Shown here in pieces: positions 47,626-61,534 of a stretch of DNA of 64,000 nt (positions are counted from its first letter, which is position 1; each line of letters opens with the position of its first letter). Made by a program: the position numbers and the translations under genes. Source of the stretch: the human T2T-CHM13v2.0 reference genome, Homo sapiens; assembly GCF_009914755.1 (NCBI RefSeq), contig NC_060933.1. One strand, 5' to 3'. The notes under the pieces were generated by a model, which had not been told where the DNA came from, did not search any database, and worked only from the letters and a program-made list of their open reading frames with translations.

Positions 47626-50600
47626 CTACAGTAATCATTTGAGGAGGGAAGACTGGGGTGATGCATTCTGATAAATGACACCTCACACTTGTGTTACCAG
47701 GAAAAAAAGATTTCAGAGTCTGGAAAAGCTCCCATAATTAAAGAGAATTCCTTAGGAAGTAGCTTATGAGAGCGAGATATATGCCCTGTAATGGAGCTCC
47801 CAGGTACAGCTGTGTTAAGCCTTCATAGATGAGTTCTAGAATAGGATGTTGGGTGCAATAGATAATTATTTGAAGGCAAAGGCAATGGAGGAATAATTCC
47901 ATGCATCCCTTTAATTTAGAAAAGCAATAATGTAAGGAAATTAGAGTCCCTGTCCTAGTTCTACCACCTACTTTGTTACCCTGAAAAAATGACTTTTTTT
48001 TTTTTTTACTAGCTTCAATGTCTTGATCTACAAAACGGGTATAATCACAAACATGTAAAAACAGATTGTGGTTTAGCCCCGAAGTGCCAAAGTGCTCCTG
48101 AAGCTGCCCCGGATAAAAATTCTGATAATCGAGTCCAATGTGGGTGGTAAGAGCATTTTAAACGGGAAAGAAACACTTTCTTAGGTAAATAATTGCAAGG
48201 TATTTAATTACTTATGTTCCACAAGGAAAAAAGATAGCTTCAGCATGAAAGGGAGACCTCTGAGAAAGTAGAGCAGACCTCCAAACAGATTTGCTAAGAA
48301 AAAACAATGTGTCCCTGGGAGTAGATCTCTAGAAGTTTCAAAACATTGGATGTTTCTTTCTCCCTTTTACTATTCTCTATTTAATTAAATTCAATATAGC
48401 ACAATTATTTAGTATTTGCTATAAGGAAGGTACTCTTTTAGAAACTCTGTGCCAACTTCCCTCATTCAGAATTACTGTAAAATTTATCTTCCTACTCAAA
48501 CTGGATCTTAGTAAGGAGTACAAAATGCAAAATTCTTTGATGTGTTGTAGATTTAATGCATAATTATAGTTAAGTCACAATTTTCAACCTTAGTTTCCAA
48601 AATGTTAACTGGGTATAGAATTAGCAGTACCTATTATCATCTTCCCAAGAATATTTTGAAGGAAACTTAAAAGTATATTACTTATTATATAGCAGGTATC
48701 TTTTCTAAATTATGTGCAAAACAAATGTGATTTTAAATCTATGTGAGAAATTTACTATTAAAATATCTCTAGGGTGTACTCTTGTGAAATGAGGGATCTT
48801 TGCAGCTCATGGAGACAATTATTCCTTAACTTTTTTGTAAATTTTTTTTATGTTGATAAATTACTTGTGGCGAATTACTTATATCTATTTGTAGCTATTT
48901 GATCAGCTGAGAACACTAAAAGATTAGCACAGTATGTATGTATGTACATACTATATGCACATATTTGGTATATATGTATATTATGTACAGCACAGATATT
49001 GAGAATTGACCTCATCCTGAGGAACAAAATAAGTAATAAACATAATTAGAGGAGATAGGCAGAAAGAAATAGAGATAATAAAAAATTCATTAAAAGTTGC
49101 CAAGAAAATAATGGCTATCATTTTTTCAACCCCCAGCTATGTGACAAGCATCAAGCAGTTTTATATGTGTAATTTATAATTCCACAGCTGTCCCATGGGA
49201 TAGAGAGTATTATTCTTTCTTCATAATGCAGACAAAAAAAAAAGCTCAGAGTGCTTAAGTAATAAGGAAAAGAAAAGTTCAAACTTAAGGTTCTCAGTTC
49301 TGTTTGAGAGGTCCTCACTCTCCCTACTACAATATGTTTTCCTAATGATAATTTATCCAGTACATTGTGGACAACTCATCAATGCTTCCTTTTCTTTGAG
49401 GACTCTGCTTTAGAGCAAGTTGCAAAACCTGGGCCAAGATTACTGACTCTCCATTTTCAGAAACTACTGTGCTTCTATGATTATTCTTCAGTAGTAATAC
49501 ATAGTGATAGAAATTTGGAACTCAAAGACACGCAAAGTCCCCTGAAAGTCACTTAATTCAGTCCCCTCATTTTTGAATGATTTGCTTTCCTGATTAAAGC
49601 TCACATATTTAAAAATAATTAAGGAATTAGCTGCACATAGAAAATGAAAAACTACCCCACACAAAGCAATAATTATTAACATTTTGAAATACTTCTTCCT
49701 TTTTCTTTGCTTAATCTTTACATTGTGAATATTATGCAATTTTGAAATGAGCTTTTTCTAACTTATTACAGCATTTTCCAAACTTCTCCAAAAACACTTC
49801 ATAAATGCTACTTTTAACAGCTGTAACACATCCCACTGGAAAAAGTTATAATTTACTTAATGATGTCCCTGTTGTCAGATATTTAAGGTGTTTCTAATTG
49901 CTACTAAAAATAGTATTGCAGTTTTTCAAAGGGTAGAAGGCTCTTGAATATATTGTAAAACTGCTTTTTAAAAAGCCACCATTTTGATTTATAGATAACA
50001 AAATGGAGGAGTGGTACATATTGAGGAACTATGTAGCTATGGTTACTCAGCTAATAAATGTTTGCTGTAGCTGTTGAAGTCAGTTCCTCTCTCCATTCTC
50101 CATTCTTTCTATGGCCACAGCTACTTAATTGGACTTAATGTGGGTGGCGGGAAATGCCAACCATATCCTTAATCATAATTTTGGAAATGACACATATGCA
50201 AGTGGGACAAGCCTAGTCTTTAAACTCAGATAGAACTGACCTCTCATTTACCAGCTCTGTGGGCTTGAATAAGTTATGTAAACTTTCTGAGCCTTTATTT
50301 CCTCACCTCACAAAGTGGGGAAAATAAAATTTACCCCATAAGGTTACTGTGAGGAATAAAGAATGTCAGATACATAAAAATCCGGGTGCACGGTAGGCTC
50401 TCAATAAATGGTGCTTTTTAATTTTTTGAGAATATATATGACATTTACTATGAAGTTATTCATTTAGGTCATCAAAATAAATGTCCTTTTGAGTAATTTT
50501 TCATTAATTCCTGTACATTCTAGCAGGTATCTGTGGTTTCAACAAGCAAATTCTCTTCTAAAAGGTATGATGCTACCTCTGAATTCTAACCCTCTGAAAA

Positions 50601-53600
50601 AACAGCTTCTTTGTAACAAAGTTTCCCATGTTATGACAGAAGAATTTCCAAAAAAAACCCCTCATTAAATCATGAGAAGTGACACTGGAGAGTGTCACTG
50701 TGTTCAGTGTTTCCTCTGCATTCATTGCTACCCACCTCCACTGCTTGGAGTGCATTTCAAGTGGAAGGTACAATGGAGAAACTACAGTTAAAACTGAGGA
50801 ATTGCAAAATTTACTTTCTCTAAACTACTTTTCCTAACCTCCCTCTTTTTCATTCTTGATAGGACAGATTTTCCCCTCTCAAATATGCTGTCCTTTTTAA
50901 TTGCTAACACAAGCATATATAATATCTCATTTCTGCTTATGCTGCTGATGTACGCATGTGCTGTTAGAGTTCTGAGATAATGTTGAAAGTCACAGATAAA
51001 TAATAATGTATTCGGTTTTCACTACTGGGAGTGGAGGTTTAATATTCATGTTTCACTGATAGGTTTAACACTGGTTTAGGATACTCTAATTTCAGGGGCA
51101 CCATCTACATGGAAGCTTTTCTCATCAAATGGAGAATGGTTGTCCCCCTTTTGCCCCTCTAAAAAACTATCCTTTAAAAGTAGCTTGCTTTCTTGGGACT
51201 CTATAGTCTTACTGTTATGTTCAATTTTCTGTGTCCTTTCCTGAACTTAGGAGAGTTCTGAAGCCAATCTCCCCTCTGATATTATTAAAGATTGCAAGAA
51301 AATTTTCTTGTGTTAGACCATTCTTCCCCAAATCACATTCTTCACCTGATATGTGATTCAACTCCACTCAAGGGAATCAACTTCTTGATGAAATATAATC
51401 AACTTTGATTAAATAAGTAACTGCTTCCTATTCATGTTTTAGCACTTTTCACATACAGATTTAACATTTCCACTCATGTTTTCCTTTGAGTCTCTGGGTT
51501 GAGGGTAGAGTTTTATCTTTTGTGTTGTTACGGTTAAGATGATAACTTCCATAATTAATTTTTCAAAAAGGCAATGATAACAGAATATACTGTATGTTTA
51601 CTCTGTACTGATTTAAAACCCCCAAGTCAATTTAGCCTTAAGAAAGCATACTATTTAGTGTATTTTGTGTTACTCTTTGATATCCTACTTCTAAATAACT
51701 TCTTCACATTTGCATAAAAATAACTGAAGGTCACCCTCCAAGGTAGGCATTTTGAATGTCGTAAGGATGACAGTAATGTTTCTGCCTATCATTCCTTTCA
51801 TCACACAGACACACACACACATAATTTTTTATACTAAAGAATTTTTAGAAAATTGTTTTGGTCAAAACTGTTGATTCAGATATTCAGACTGTGACAACCA
51901 TTCTGAAGGAATTAAAAATCCAGTTATCTTCAGTGATTCCTTTGGAAATTATTATTCTGGGTTATTAGATAGATAGACTAATAACTTTTTTTCCAGTTTT
52001 CTAAAGCTACCTTGATTTCCTGTCTTAGAAAACAGGGGTTCACAAACACTGCTTAATATCTCTTTAATGATTATGAATACTAGAATAGCTTAGAGGTATA
52101 CCCTAAAGGCCACCATATAGATCTTCTGTACAGATGTGAATTTAAAAGTATGCAAATTTACACTGATTTTACCTAACACCTTGGAACATACCAGGAGTCT
52201 GAATACATAAATATATTTTTATTATGATATGTATATTTTTAAAGTGGAGTTTAGAAATTTCTAGCTACACTGAAAAATTATAATGAAGTAGGTATTTACT
52301 GTAAAAAACTAATGTGCTTTCTTAAGGGCATAGTTTAATTAGGCACTATAATAACTGACAAACGTACACTGTGTAAAAGTTTACAGTGACTCTTCACACA
52401 TACTATTTTATCTACCTCTTATTACGGGACTACCATAGGGTCTCAGGTTTACAGATGAGAACATGAAAGCACTGAGAGTTTCTCATACTTCATTCTGGTA
52501 CCATGACAGCTAATAAGCAAAAGAAATAGAATCTGCTCACAGGTCATGTGAATGCTAAAGAAAGTAATCTTTCAACTGCACGCTTCAAGTGGTTCCTGTG
52601 CTGGTGAATAGGTATCCCACTTATTGCTTTTAAATTAAGGTAGGAATAAGTAATTTATATGTACAGTCATATGAGAATTTTTCACTGGTTTTATTTTGGT
52701 CAAAAAATAAATTTTTGAAAGATGTTAACCTCCTTTCAACCAATAAATATTTACTGTGACTTATACGGCTGATGCTTGAGTATAGTAGAGGCCCAAAGGG
52801 GTTAAGCGACTTTCAAAATAATAGTTAACTAAAAGAGATGGAACTGAAACCATATACATATTTATAGCACTCCATGGGCAACCAAGTTCAACTATATATG
52901 AATTACTAGTCAATGACTTTTGGTAGGCCATGCAACCTATCTGAGCCTCAGTCTCCAGATCTACAAAATGAAAAAATGAAACATTGAAAACATAAGGATA
53001 TTGTGATAATTAAATTAGATAATGGAAGTTGAAGTGTCCTATTATTGTTAAGCTCCTCCTAATTGTTTTTGAAGAAAACAATAACTTTACCATGTGATTT
53101 AGGAAGAAAGTTTCAATAAGCTTTTAAAAATTAAATGTTAAATATAATATATTCAACTTCAACTATTCAGCATGTAAATTGCATGGAGTAAAATTCAAAG
53201 TGTCCGATGTTGGACATTTAACAATTAGATGTTCAACTGGGGGAGTCATTGTTCTCTAGACAGCTGCTGTTTCTTTAAATTGGGTGAGAGAGTTATACAA
53301 TTGCTGAGTCAGATGATCTGGCAGCCTGAAAGAGAATGAGAGCAAGAAAATGGTGGCACTCGAGAAAAGAAAGCAAAACAAGCTTTTTCCTAATACATCA
53401 GCAAAGTCACTGGTGTAATATTAGACAAATTTTAGCTTAAAAGCAGAAAAATGATCATTTGAAAGGCATGATATTTTAGTTTTTCTTATAATTGTTACTT
53501 TTTAGCTTACATTTTTCATCTATATTTCCCCCCCCATCACTGTGCTTTTACAGAGACATAAAGACCCATCATTTTGTCCATAAATGCTTTATTCTGTTAT

Positions 53601-53757
53601 GGCTACATTTTCCTGCAATCTTGCCCTGATCTTAGATAAGCATAAGTTAAACCTGTGAAACACTTGTGCTTTGATTTTTCTTTTTTACATAATTTTAGGT
53701 TGTCATGTTTATTACGAGCCTGGTCTGGATCATAAAATGAAAGAAACCCCTTATTAC

Positions 53758-53758
<1 letters not shown>

Positions 53759-53819
<61 letters not shown>
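53759..53819. repeat. (AC)n(AG)n compound microsatellite
   Basis: Read directly from the sequence. Confidence 0.97.
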
Positions 53820-54904
53820 TCCATTCATCCTGCACGAACAGAAAGAAGTGTATATAGTGTTTTAAAAAGACAACGTATCTTATATAGCTTATGTGGAAAT
53901 TTTCTGTCTGGTTCTGTAAGCTTTAAAACACAAATATATCTTGTTATATTTTTTTCTCTCAAACTATGTTCTGACTGTAAAAATGTGGTATCTACAAGAC
54001 ATTCTTTTCCAATTCATACAAAGGGTCACATAATAATAAAGGGTCTCCTTCATTTGGTGAAATAACTCCTCCACTGATTACTCAGACTCTCCTCCCTGGG
54101 ATCCAGTAAACTGACTCTAAACTTAAAATCTTACCTAAAATCCTGGACCTCAATTCAAAGATAAAGAAGCAGAAATAAGGTTTAAAAAGTAAAATTGGTC
54201 ATATTTGTCAAATTGTGTCCCAATGGGCCACTTGTATTAGTATCTCCTTCAAGTGTTTATTTAAAATGCAGATTTCTGGGACCCACAGCAAATCTGAATC
54301 AAATTTTCTGAACGTGAACCCCAGAAATATGTATTTTTAAAGGCAGCCCAGGTAATAATGCTGTTGTTAACCTTTGCCATACTTTTAAAATTTCTAGTTA
54401 CTCACATAATTCAATTAAGAAAGCAGAGGCTTTTTTATTTACGTTACCTTGATTGTACGATTTTATTAGTTTCAATTTGCTTAAGAGATTACATGTCTTT
54501 GTTCATGTAATTCTGAACCTCTATAAAACTTTTCTCTCTTAAAAAAATCCTACTGCCTTCACAACCATTTAAATAATTTATGATATTTTATTTTGAAGGT
54601 GAAAGAGAAAACTGAGAAATAGTTGAATTAAAAAATCCTTTGTGATAACATGTTTATATTTTCATGAACAAAGCCAATAAGTCATAAAAATTAAAAATCA
54701 ACATACTATTTTTTGAAAGGACCTCTGATGCTTTGGGAATTTCAATCCTGTAGTTGATGGCTTTCACTTTTTTTTCCCTTTTATTACTTCTTTTTGATTG
54801 TAGAGTTCTGCCCAAATGAAACCATCATTCCAGGGCTCATGAATTAAATGAATGCACTGAGAGACACTGACAAGCACTGAGAATTTCTTCAACCACCCTT
54901 TTTA

Positions 54905-55130
54905 AAAAACAAATGCTAATTGGACATAAATATGAGAACAATAGACATTGGGGACTACTAGATGGAGGAGAAAGGGAATGAGCGAGGGCTGAAATACTAC
55001 CTACTGTGGGTACTGTGCTCACTACTTGAGTGACAGATTCAGTCGTACTCGAAACCTCAGCATGGTGCAATATACCTTTGTAATTAACCTGCACATGTGC
55101 CCTCTCCTCCTAAATAAAAGTTGAAAAAAA
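54905..55130 (+). mobile_element. Old L1P (L1PA17/PB4-like) 3' end
   Basis: gagaacaatagacattggggactacta...aacctgcacatgtg...aataaaagttg plus A tail. Confidence 0.75.
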
Positions 55131-55899
55131 ATCTACGAGGCACTATATTTTTAAAAATACCACTATGTACAAGGCACTGTGCTATATCTGGAACTACAAA
55201 TATTAGTTAAATAGTCCAAGATTCAGTGGGTTCAGAGACTCTAAGTATTTGCCATTCCCTTTAGATGGAAACGTTCTTTGGTCCACCAAGCCCTATCGTT
55301 CTGCTCTTTGGAAATTCTCCCTCACTTTCTTCATAATGCCGTCCTTGACTAACTCTCCTCTAGCAATACTATTGGTTTTGTATGTGATTTAAAATCATTC
55401 CTGTAATTTCTTCTGTTTATATGGCTTCGTACAAGAGATTCACATTCAACAAATAGAAAAAAAACGCTATTGACATTTGGTAGCTTCGACAATTGTAAAC
55501 ACATGTGGGTTTGCTGAATACACATTAAAATAGCATGAATTAGGATATGGTAAATCTGTTGCGGTCCCAAGTTGGTGGGTTTTTCTAGGAAGAGTCAGAC
55601 CCTTTAAAAGGACCTTTTATCATCTACCAAACAAATCCTTCATTTATTAATTCCCAAGGTTTTCTCCATCGGTTGGCTTACTGTCATGGAAATTGATCTT
55701 GTTTTAATAGCTACTTACTTTTTTTTATTCTAATCAATGATTTCATTTGAAAAGAAAATTTTCAAACATGGGGAAAGCTGCAATATAAGAAGAAAACAAT
55801 GGAGAGACATCGTCACTGGAAAAATACTACGGGCCACTCTCTATACCATCCTGCACCCCCAGATGGAGAAACTGAGGGAAGTCGTGGCCTTTCAACACT

Positions 55900-56730
55900 C
55901 TTGGGTCTCCATCTGGCTTGGAAGGGAACGAAATGGCTGTCAAGAGTCTCAGAAGCGCACTTTCCCCGTGGTTCCTCCGGGTAACCCTGACTCACTTTTC
56001 ATCTACCCATCCCCTCCAAAACAAGGCCTAGCCAGTTCCAAGCTGGAGAGGTGACCCAGAGTTGCCTTCTGTCATGTCCTGCCTTTCGTCTCGAGTCCAC
56101 TAACCCCACTCAGACTCTGTCTGCTCCCACCCCCACCGCGGCCAGTGAAATCCCAATCGTCTTCCACGTGGAACCCCAGGTCCGCAGTTATGATAACGGA
56201 TCACATCGCTCCTGCGGAAAGTGCGCGCGGTGGAGTGATAATTGGACCTAGCGTCTAAATTCTTGTTGGAGGACCTCGTTCCAGCTGCCAGTTAAGCCTC
56301 TGGGATCCGCAGCGTCTCTAGGAATTGAGAGAGTGGGGAAGTTAGGATCCAGGAGGAGGATGGTGGGGGCTGAGGAGTGGAGGAGCAGCGTGCATCTCAT
56401 CTCTTGTCGCCGGGCGGGCGCTCTTTCGGGTCCAGGGCCCTTGCACCCCCAGCGTGGCTCCGGAGGCGGCGAGACCTGCCTGAAATTGATTGGAGGGGAC
56501 TAGAGTGTGCTTGTGGGGTGGGGTAGTGGGGGCGGAGAGAAGAGATCCCAAGAAGGGCGCCAAGTGCTGTGACCAGAGGCCTAACACGAGGCACCTTGGA
56601 AACAGGTATAGCTACGGATTTATGGGTTTTAAAATGGAACGTCTTGGTGAATGGACATAGCGTGCATTTCACAGTCTGACGTCACAGCCCTCGCAGGTTT
56701 TCCCAGACCTTAAAGCCACGTTCTCGTGTA
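55900..56730. promoter_or_regulatory. CpG-enriched intronic element between exons 1beta and 1alpha
   Basis: Local CpG rise in AT-rich intron; CACGTG at 56165, ATTGG at 56489, GC box near 56529, perfect CRE TGACGTCA at 56677. Confidence 0.55.
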
Positions 56731-56969
56731 TGACACTTAAACAACTCAGTTTCCTTGTCTTTCCTCCCTCCCTACCCATCTAAGGGTAGAGAAGCTCTTA
56801 GTTCATCCACTGTGTAGGACTGTTACCGTGTGTCAAAGGCTTTGGAAATGTATATTTTACTGATGATGGTCATAGCACTTTGGAAAACTCAAAAGTGAAA
56901 CGAAGAAAATAAATATCACCAAACTTTTTCCCAACCCCTCTCATCCTGCGGAAACCATTATAACTAATT

Positions 56970-56973
<4 letters not shown>

Positions 56974-57021
<48 letters not shown>
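56974..57021. repeat. (GA)n microsatellite
   Basis: Read directly from the sequence. Confidence 0.97.
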
Positions 57022-57024
<3 letters not shown>

Positions 57025-57561
57025 TGTTTACTGTTTGGAATCTTGCTTTAAAAAAACCTGACTTTATAATGCAATCATTTAACAGTCTATGAAATATTCT
57101 TCAGATACCTGATGATCCAGAATGTAACTGTACCATAATTTAACACTTTATTGCTAGAATTTTATGCAGTTTTTGATTTCTTGCTACTACTTATCCATCT
57201 GTATTAATCTTTGTCAGAACCTTTCTTTCCTTAGGATGATGCCTGAATATAAAATAGCTGAATGAAAGTGGATGGGTTCATTTTAAAATACAAAATTGTT
57301 TTTCTTGATGGTGAAGTGTTTAAGAGGTGGATTAATCTCATTGGGCAACAAATAGAGAAGATATTAGTAGTTAGGTATATGAGAATCAGAATTCAGATAA
57401 TTTGTCTTAAAAATTCATATTCAATGTAAAAATTTTATATTTAGAAAATGAAACTGTACCCATTGTTTATATAACTTAAACTGCCAAAATAAAGCACCAC
57501 AAAAACTTTTTATCACGTTGGTTTTTGTATCAGGCTGGGCTTTGCAGCAGATGGAGGAGCT

Positions 57562-57786
57562 AGGGCAAGCTTGTCCAACCTGTGGGCCCGAGGGTCACAT
57601 GCAGCCCAGGATGGTTTTGAATGCTGCCCAACACAAATTCATACACTTTCTTAAAGTATCATGAGTTTTTTTTTTTTTTTTAAGCTCATCAGCTATTGTT
57701 AGTGTTAGTGTATTTAATGTGTGTCCCAAGACAATTCTTCTTCTTCCTATGTGGCCCAGGGAAGGTAAAAGATTGAACACCCCTGG
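57562..57786. mobile_element. MER30 hAT MITE
   Basis: ttgtccaacc...gcagcccaggatgg...aaagattgaacacccctg. Confidence 0.8.
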
Positions 57787-60167
57787 CCTACAGTGTTCTA
57801 CTATGAAGTTTCAGTTTTAGTTCGGCCTAGAATGTTTTAGTACAGAAGGCAAGTGAGATTTTCTCTGTTTCTCCAAGGACTTTTGAAAAAGTGTAAAAGC
57901 ACTGGGCCCACTGTTGAACCTTGCTATAAAAAAGTATTTTTGATACCATTTGTATCACTTTAGTAATAGGAGTTTTTCATATGTTGGGAAAATGGTTTAG
58001 CTTAACTCTATCATGGTAGTTGATAGTGATGAACTAACGTGGAATAATAGATCTGTAAACCATCATAGACGGTAATAGGCTATGTTGTTGCTACCTTAGG
58101 ATCATAATGGACTTTCTAAAATTCAAGAGTACTCAAAGAAGTAAAATGAATATAAGTCTTGATTTCTGAAAGGGCTATGGTTCACTTGGAACACAATACA
58201 AACTGTGAATCATGTACACATGGGGAATAATGGTTTATACTAACTGCACAGTGCTTACCTTGAGAGGACTCTGTGCTATTAAAGAAAAAAATAATCTGAG
58301 CCTTCTGAAGTAGCTATAAACAAATGAATATTTAACTTCATAATAAAAATATGACTATTTTGTAAATGCACCAAGGTAGAAGTAACAAATCAACTATGGC
58401 AATTTTTCAGGTTTCTGTGGTTAAGAAACTGGTAACGTGGAATTTTAGTATATGTATTTCCAATCATATAAAAATAAAAAGTCATAATAAACATATTTGC
58501 AGAAACTTAAAAAAAGTTAAAATAACATCTTATTTGCAATGATATTAAATAATTCATACAAGTAATTTTTAGCACTTGTGCCTCTCAAGGAATTGTATGA
58601 ATCCTAACATAATTAGTATCCATATATATTCCCAAATCAATATAGCCATGGGCATAAAATATATTAATGTGAAATATATAATTACATATCATTATAATTA
58701 ACACCGCTAGATTTTATATTATGTATATCATTTTACATATGAAATTGGAAAATTGCATATATTTCAAGACATTCTATCCAAGCTGTGTTCTATCTTGAGA
58801 AACTTCCTGAAGATTGCGCTTTTCACATACGTCCTGAAAATTGATTTATACCTAAATAACAAAAAATGATCTATTTCAATGAACCTATCATTTAAATATT
58901 TTTGCATTTCATGCATATACATTAACATACTATAAAATATTTTCTCTAACTTAAAATCACCACAATGTTATGTTTTATAGGCCTAAACTAAAAAATACAT
59001 AATTATGGCATTTATATACATTGACATGTTCTACTTTGTTACTACAGATTTTCAGAGGCAACTTAATAATTTAAACAAAATGATTTTATATAGAATAATA
59101 TTAACTAGAGTAATAAATATTTTTATATAGACAATAATATTAAGAACTATATTCATACAGTTACCGGTCACAGTGGCTAAACTTTTGCTGATACGGATAA
59201 ACCACTGTTAAAAAAAACAACAACCAGGGTCTTGTCAATGTTTCAAAATGAATTAAAATCAAATCCAGCAACAGGCCCTGAAATCCTTTATAAGCTCCTT
59301 TGACTAAATTAAAAAAATTAACTTGCATAATATGAAAAGTAAAAAATAAAATGTGCATTTATCCTATAGATTATAAATTTTTGCTAATAGAAATTGAGAC
59401 ACTAAATTAAACACTGATAGTTTTAACAGGTTTATATTTCCATGTCAAAGAGACAATTAACATTGCAGTAAAAAAATAATTACCCCTCCGCTGGCCTTTG
59501 CTTTTTGAAGCTATATATTCCTGGCGAAGCATACCACAAGGACGGTCATAAAAGTGAAGCCTCATTAAATTACTTTTAGACTTATTACACAAGTTTTAAT
59601 TAGCATTGTACATATTTTAACTGTACATATATTCTTTCAGTTTTCCTGGTTATAGGAAATTACACTGGCTGTGTCAACATTTGTCAATGTGAGGACAAAA
59701 CTACCTTGGATTCTGTTTTTCAAGAAGTAGGCCTCATTTTTAAACTGTGCTAACTGTCGTCTGAGATGACTAAAATACTATCAGTTGGGATTTCTCAGGA
59801 ACAGTTCTACAGTTCTGTCGTTTGCTAAACATACGAGCATTGTCCCGAGCAGTTTCAATCACTCAGGCCGCCGGACCTCTACCTCTAACTCACAAAGAAA
59901 GCCCATTTCCCTGTTGGCTGCAAAACTCCCCCAAGAAGCAAGTGCTTGCTCCTCGCAGCAGTAACTGATCCTACGATCCTTGTTAGCATTTCAGGAAGTC
60001 GCTGCCTGCGTGCCCCGTATCTCACGGGTCCTCCACTCTCCTGGAAGGTGGGAGAGGGTGACCCCGCCGGGAGGCTGGGGAGAAAAAAGGCCGCCTCCAG
60101 AAAACTTAGATGGTTAGCAATAATTCTCCCCAAGGAGAAAGAAAGTGTGCTTGAAATACACCTTTCC

Positions 60168-60170
<3 letters not shown>

Positions 60171-60219
<49 letters not shown>
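60171..60219. repeat. (TG)n microsatellite next to exon 1beta
   Basis: Read directly from the sequence. Confidence 0.97.
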
Positions 60220-60220
<1 letters not shown>

Positions 60221-60511
60221 TTAGTCATTCCCACCCAGGATATTCGGGACTCACTGACTTCTGAGGTGGGTTTAGAAGCTCTGTTCGCCTCAGTTTCCCA
60301 CGATTGAGGGGCTGTGTGAAGGGAGGTCCAGGTTCAATGGTACTGCGAGAACCACATGTCTAAGTCGTTGTAACCCGAATGGGGAAGCCTCCACCGGCGG
60401 TTATCTCCTCCTCCTCCTAGCCTGGGCTAGAGACGAATTATCTGTTTACGAAATCACACCAAACAAAACAAGTGCCGAATGCGCCCCGGACTTTTCGAGG
60501 GCCTTTCCTAC

Positions 60512-60704
60512 CTGGTCTTCTAGGAAGCGGCTGCTGCCCTAGACGCTGGCTCCTCAGTAGCATCAGCACGAGGGCCACAGCGGCGGGCGCCCCTGGCGCT
60601 GCCCACTCCCCCGTGAGCCGCGGGATGTGAACCACGAAAACCCTCACTCGCGGCGGGCCGCACGCGCGCCGAATCCGGAGGGTCACCAAGAACCTGCGCA
60701 CCAT
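60512..60704 (-). CDS. CDKN2A: p14ARF exon 1beta (internal Met48 of smARF at 60561-60563)
   Basis: MVRRFLVTLRIRRACGPPRVRVFVVHIPRL...LPRRP; CAG/GTAGGA donor; 193 nt. Confidence 0.99.
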
Positions 60705-61163
60705 GTTCTCGCCGCCTCCAGGGCCGAGCTCGGCAGCCGCTGCGCCGCCCTTTGGCACCAGAGGTGAGCAGCGCCACTCCTGCCCCCTTAACTGCAGACT
60801 GGGACCCACGCACCGCCCCCTGCCCATCTCCGCCCCGCAGGCGCGCACCCGCCTTCCCTGAGCGCGCCCGCCCCCCACCTTCACCCCCACCCCCACCCCA
60901 CCCCCACTCCCACCCGGACCTCCAAGATCTCGGAACGGCTCTGAGCCCTGCGCACGCGGGAAGGGCTGCCGGAGGCGCCCGTAGGGAGGCGCGCGCGCGG
61001 GCGGCTCAGGGCCCGCGTTCCTCTCCCTCCCGCCTACCGCCACTTTCCCGCCCTGTGTGCGCCCCCACCCCCACCACCATCTTCCCACCCTCAGCGCGGG
61101 CGCCCCGCGGTGACGGCCCAGGGGCCGGACGCCTGGAACGCAACTCCAGGCAGCTCGCCCCCT

Positions 61164-61534
61164 AGCTACATCCGTCACCTGACACGGCCCTACCAGGAAC
61201 AGCCGCGCTCCCGCGGATTCTGGTGCTGCTCGCGTCCCCGCTCCCCTATTCCCCTTATTTTATTCCTGGCTCCCCTCGTCGAAAGTCTTCCATTCTTCAA
61301 ACTAGATTATTTAAAAATGAAAAAGGAAGAAAGGAAAGCGAGGTCATCTCATTGCTCTATCCGCCAATCAGGAGGCTGAATGTCAGTTTTGAACTAAAAG
61401 CCGCTCCGCTCCTCTTCTAGATTTGGAAAACAAGCGAAATTAAACTAAACCGCTGCACGCCTCTGACGCGACATCTGGACACGGCGCGGCGCTGGCGCTG
61501 CCGGAGCTGTCGACCCGGCCTGGCGCCGGACTAG
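61164..61534 (+). ncRNA. CDKN2B-AS1: ANRIL lncRNA exon 1
   Basis: Starts AGCTACATCCGTCACCTGACACGG (recalled 5' end) and ends GGACTAG/GTAGGT at a donor; 371 nt. Confidence 0.9.

Noticed and set aside
60748-60770. Possible CTCF motif near the ARF start
   Set aside because: Only a partial match by eye; cannot be supported without PWM scoring or ChIP data.
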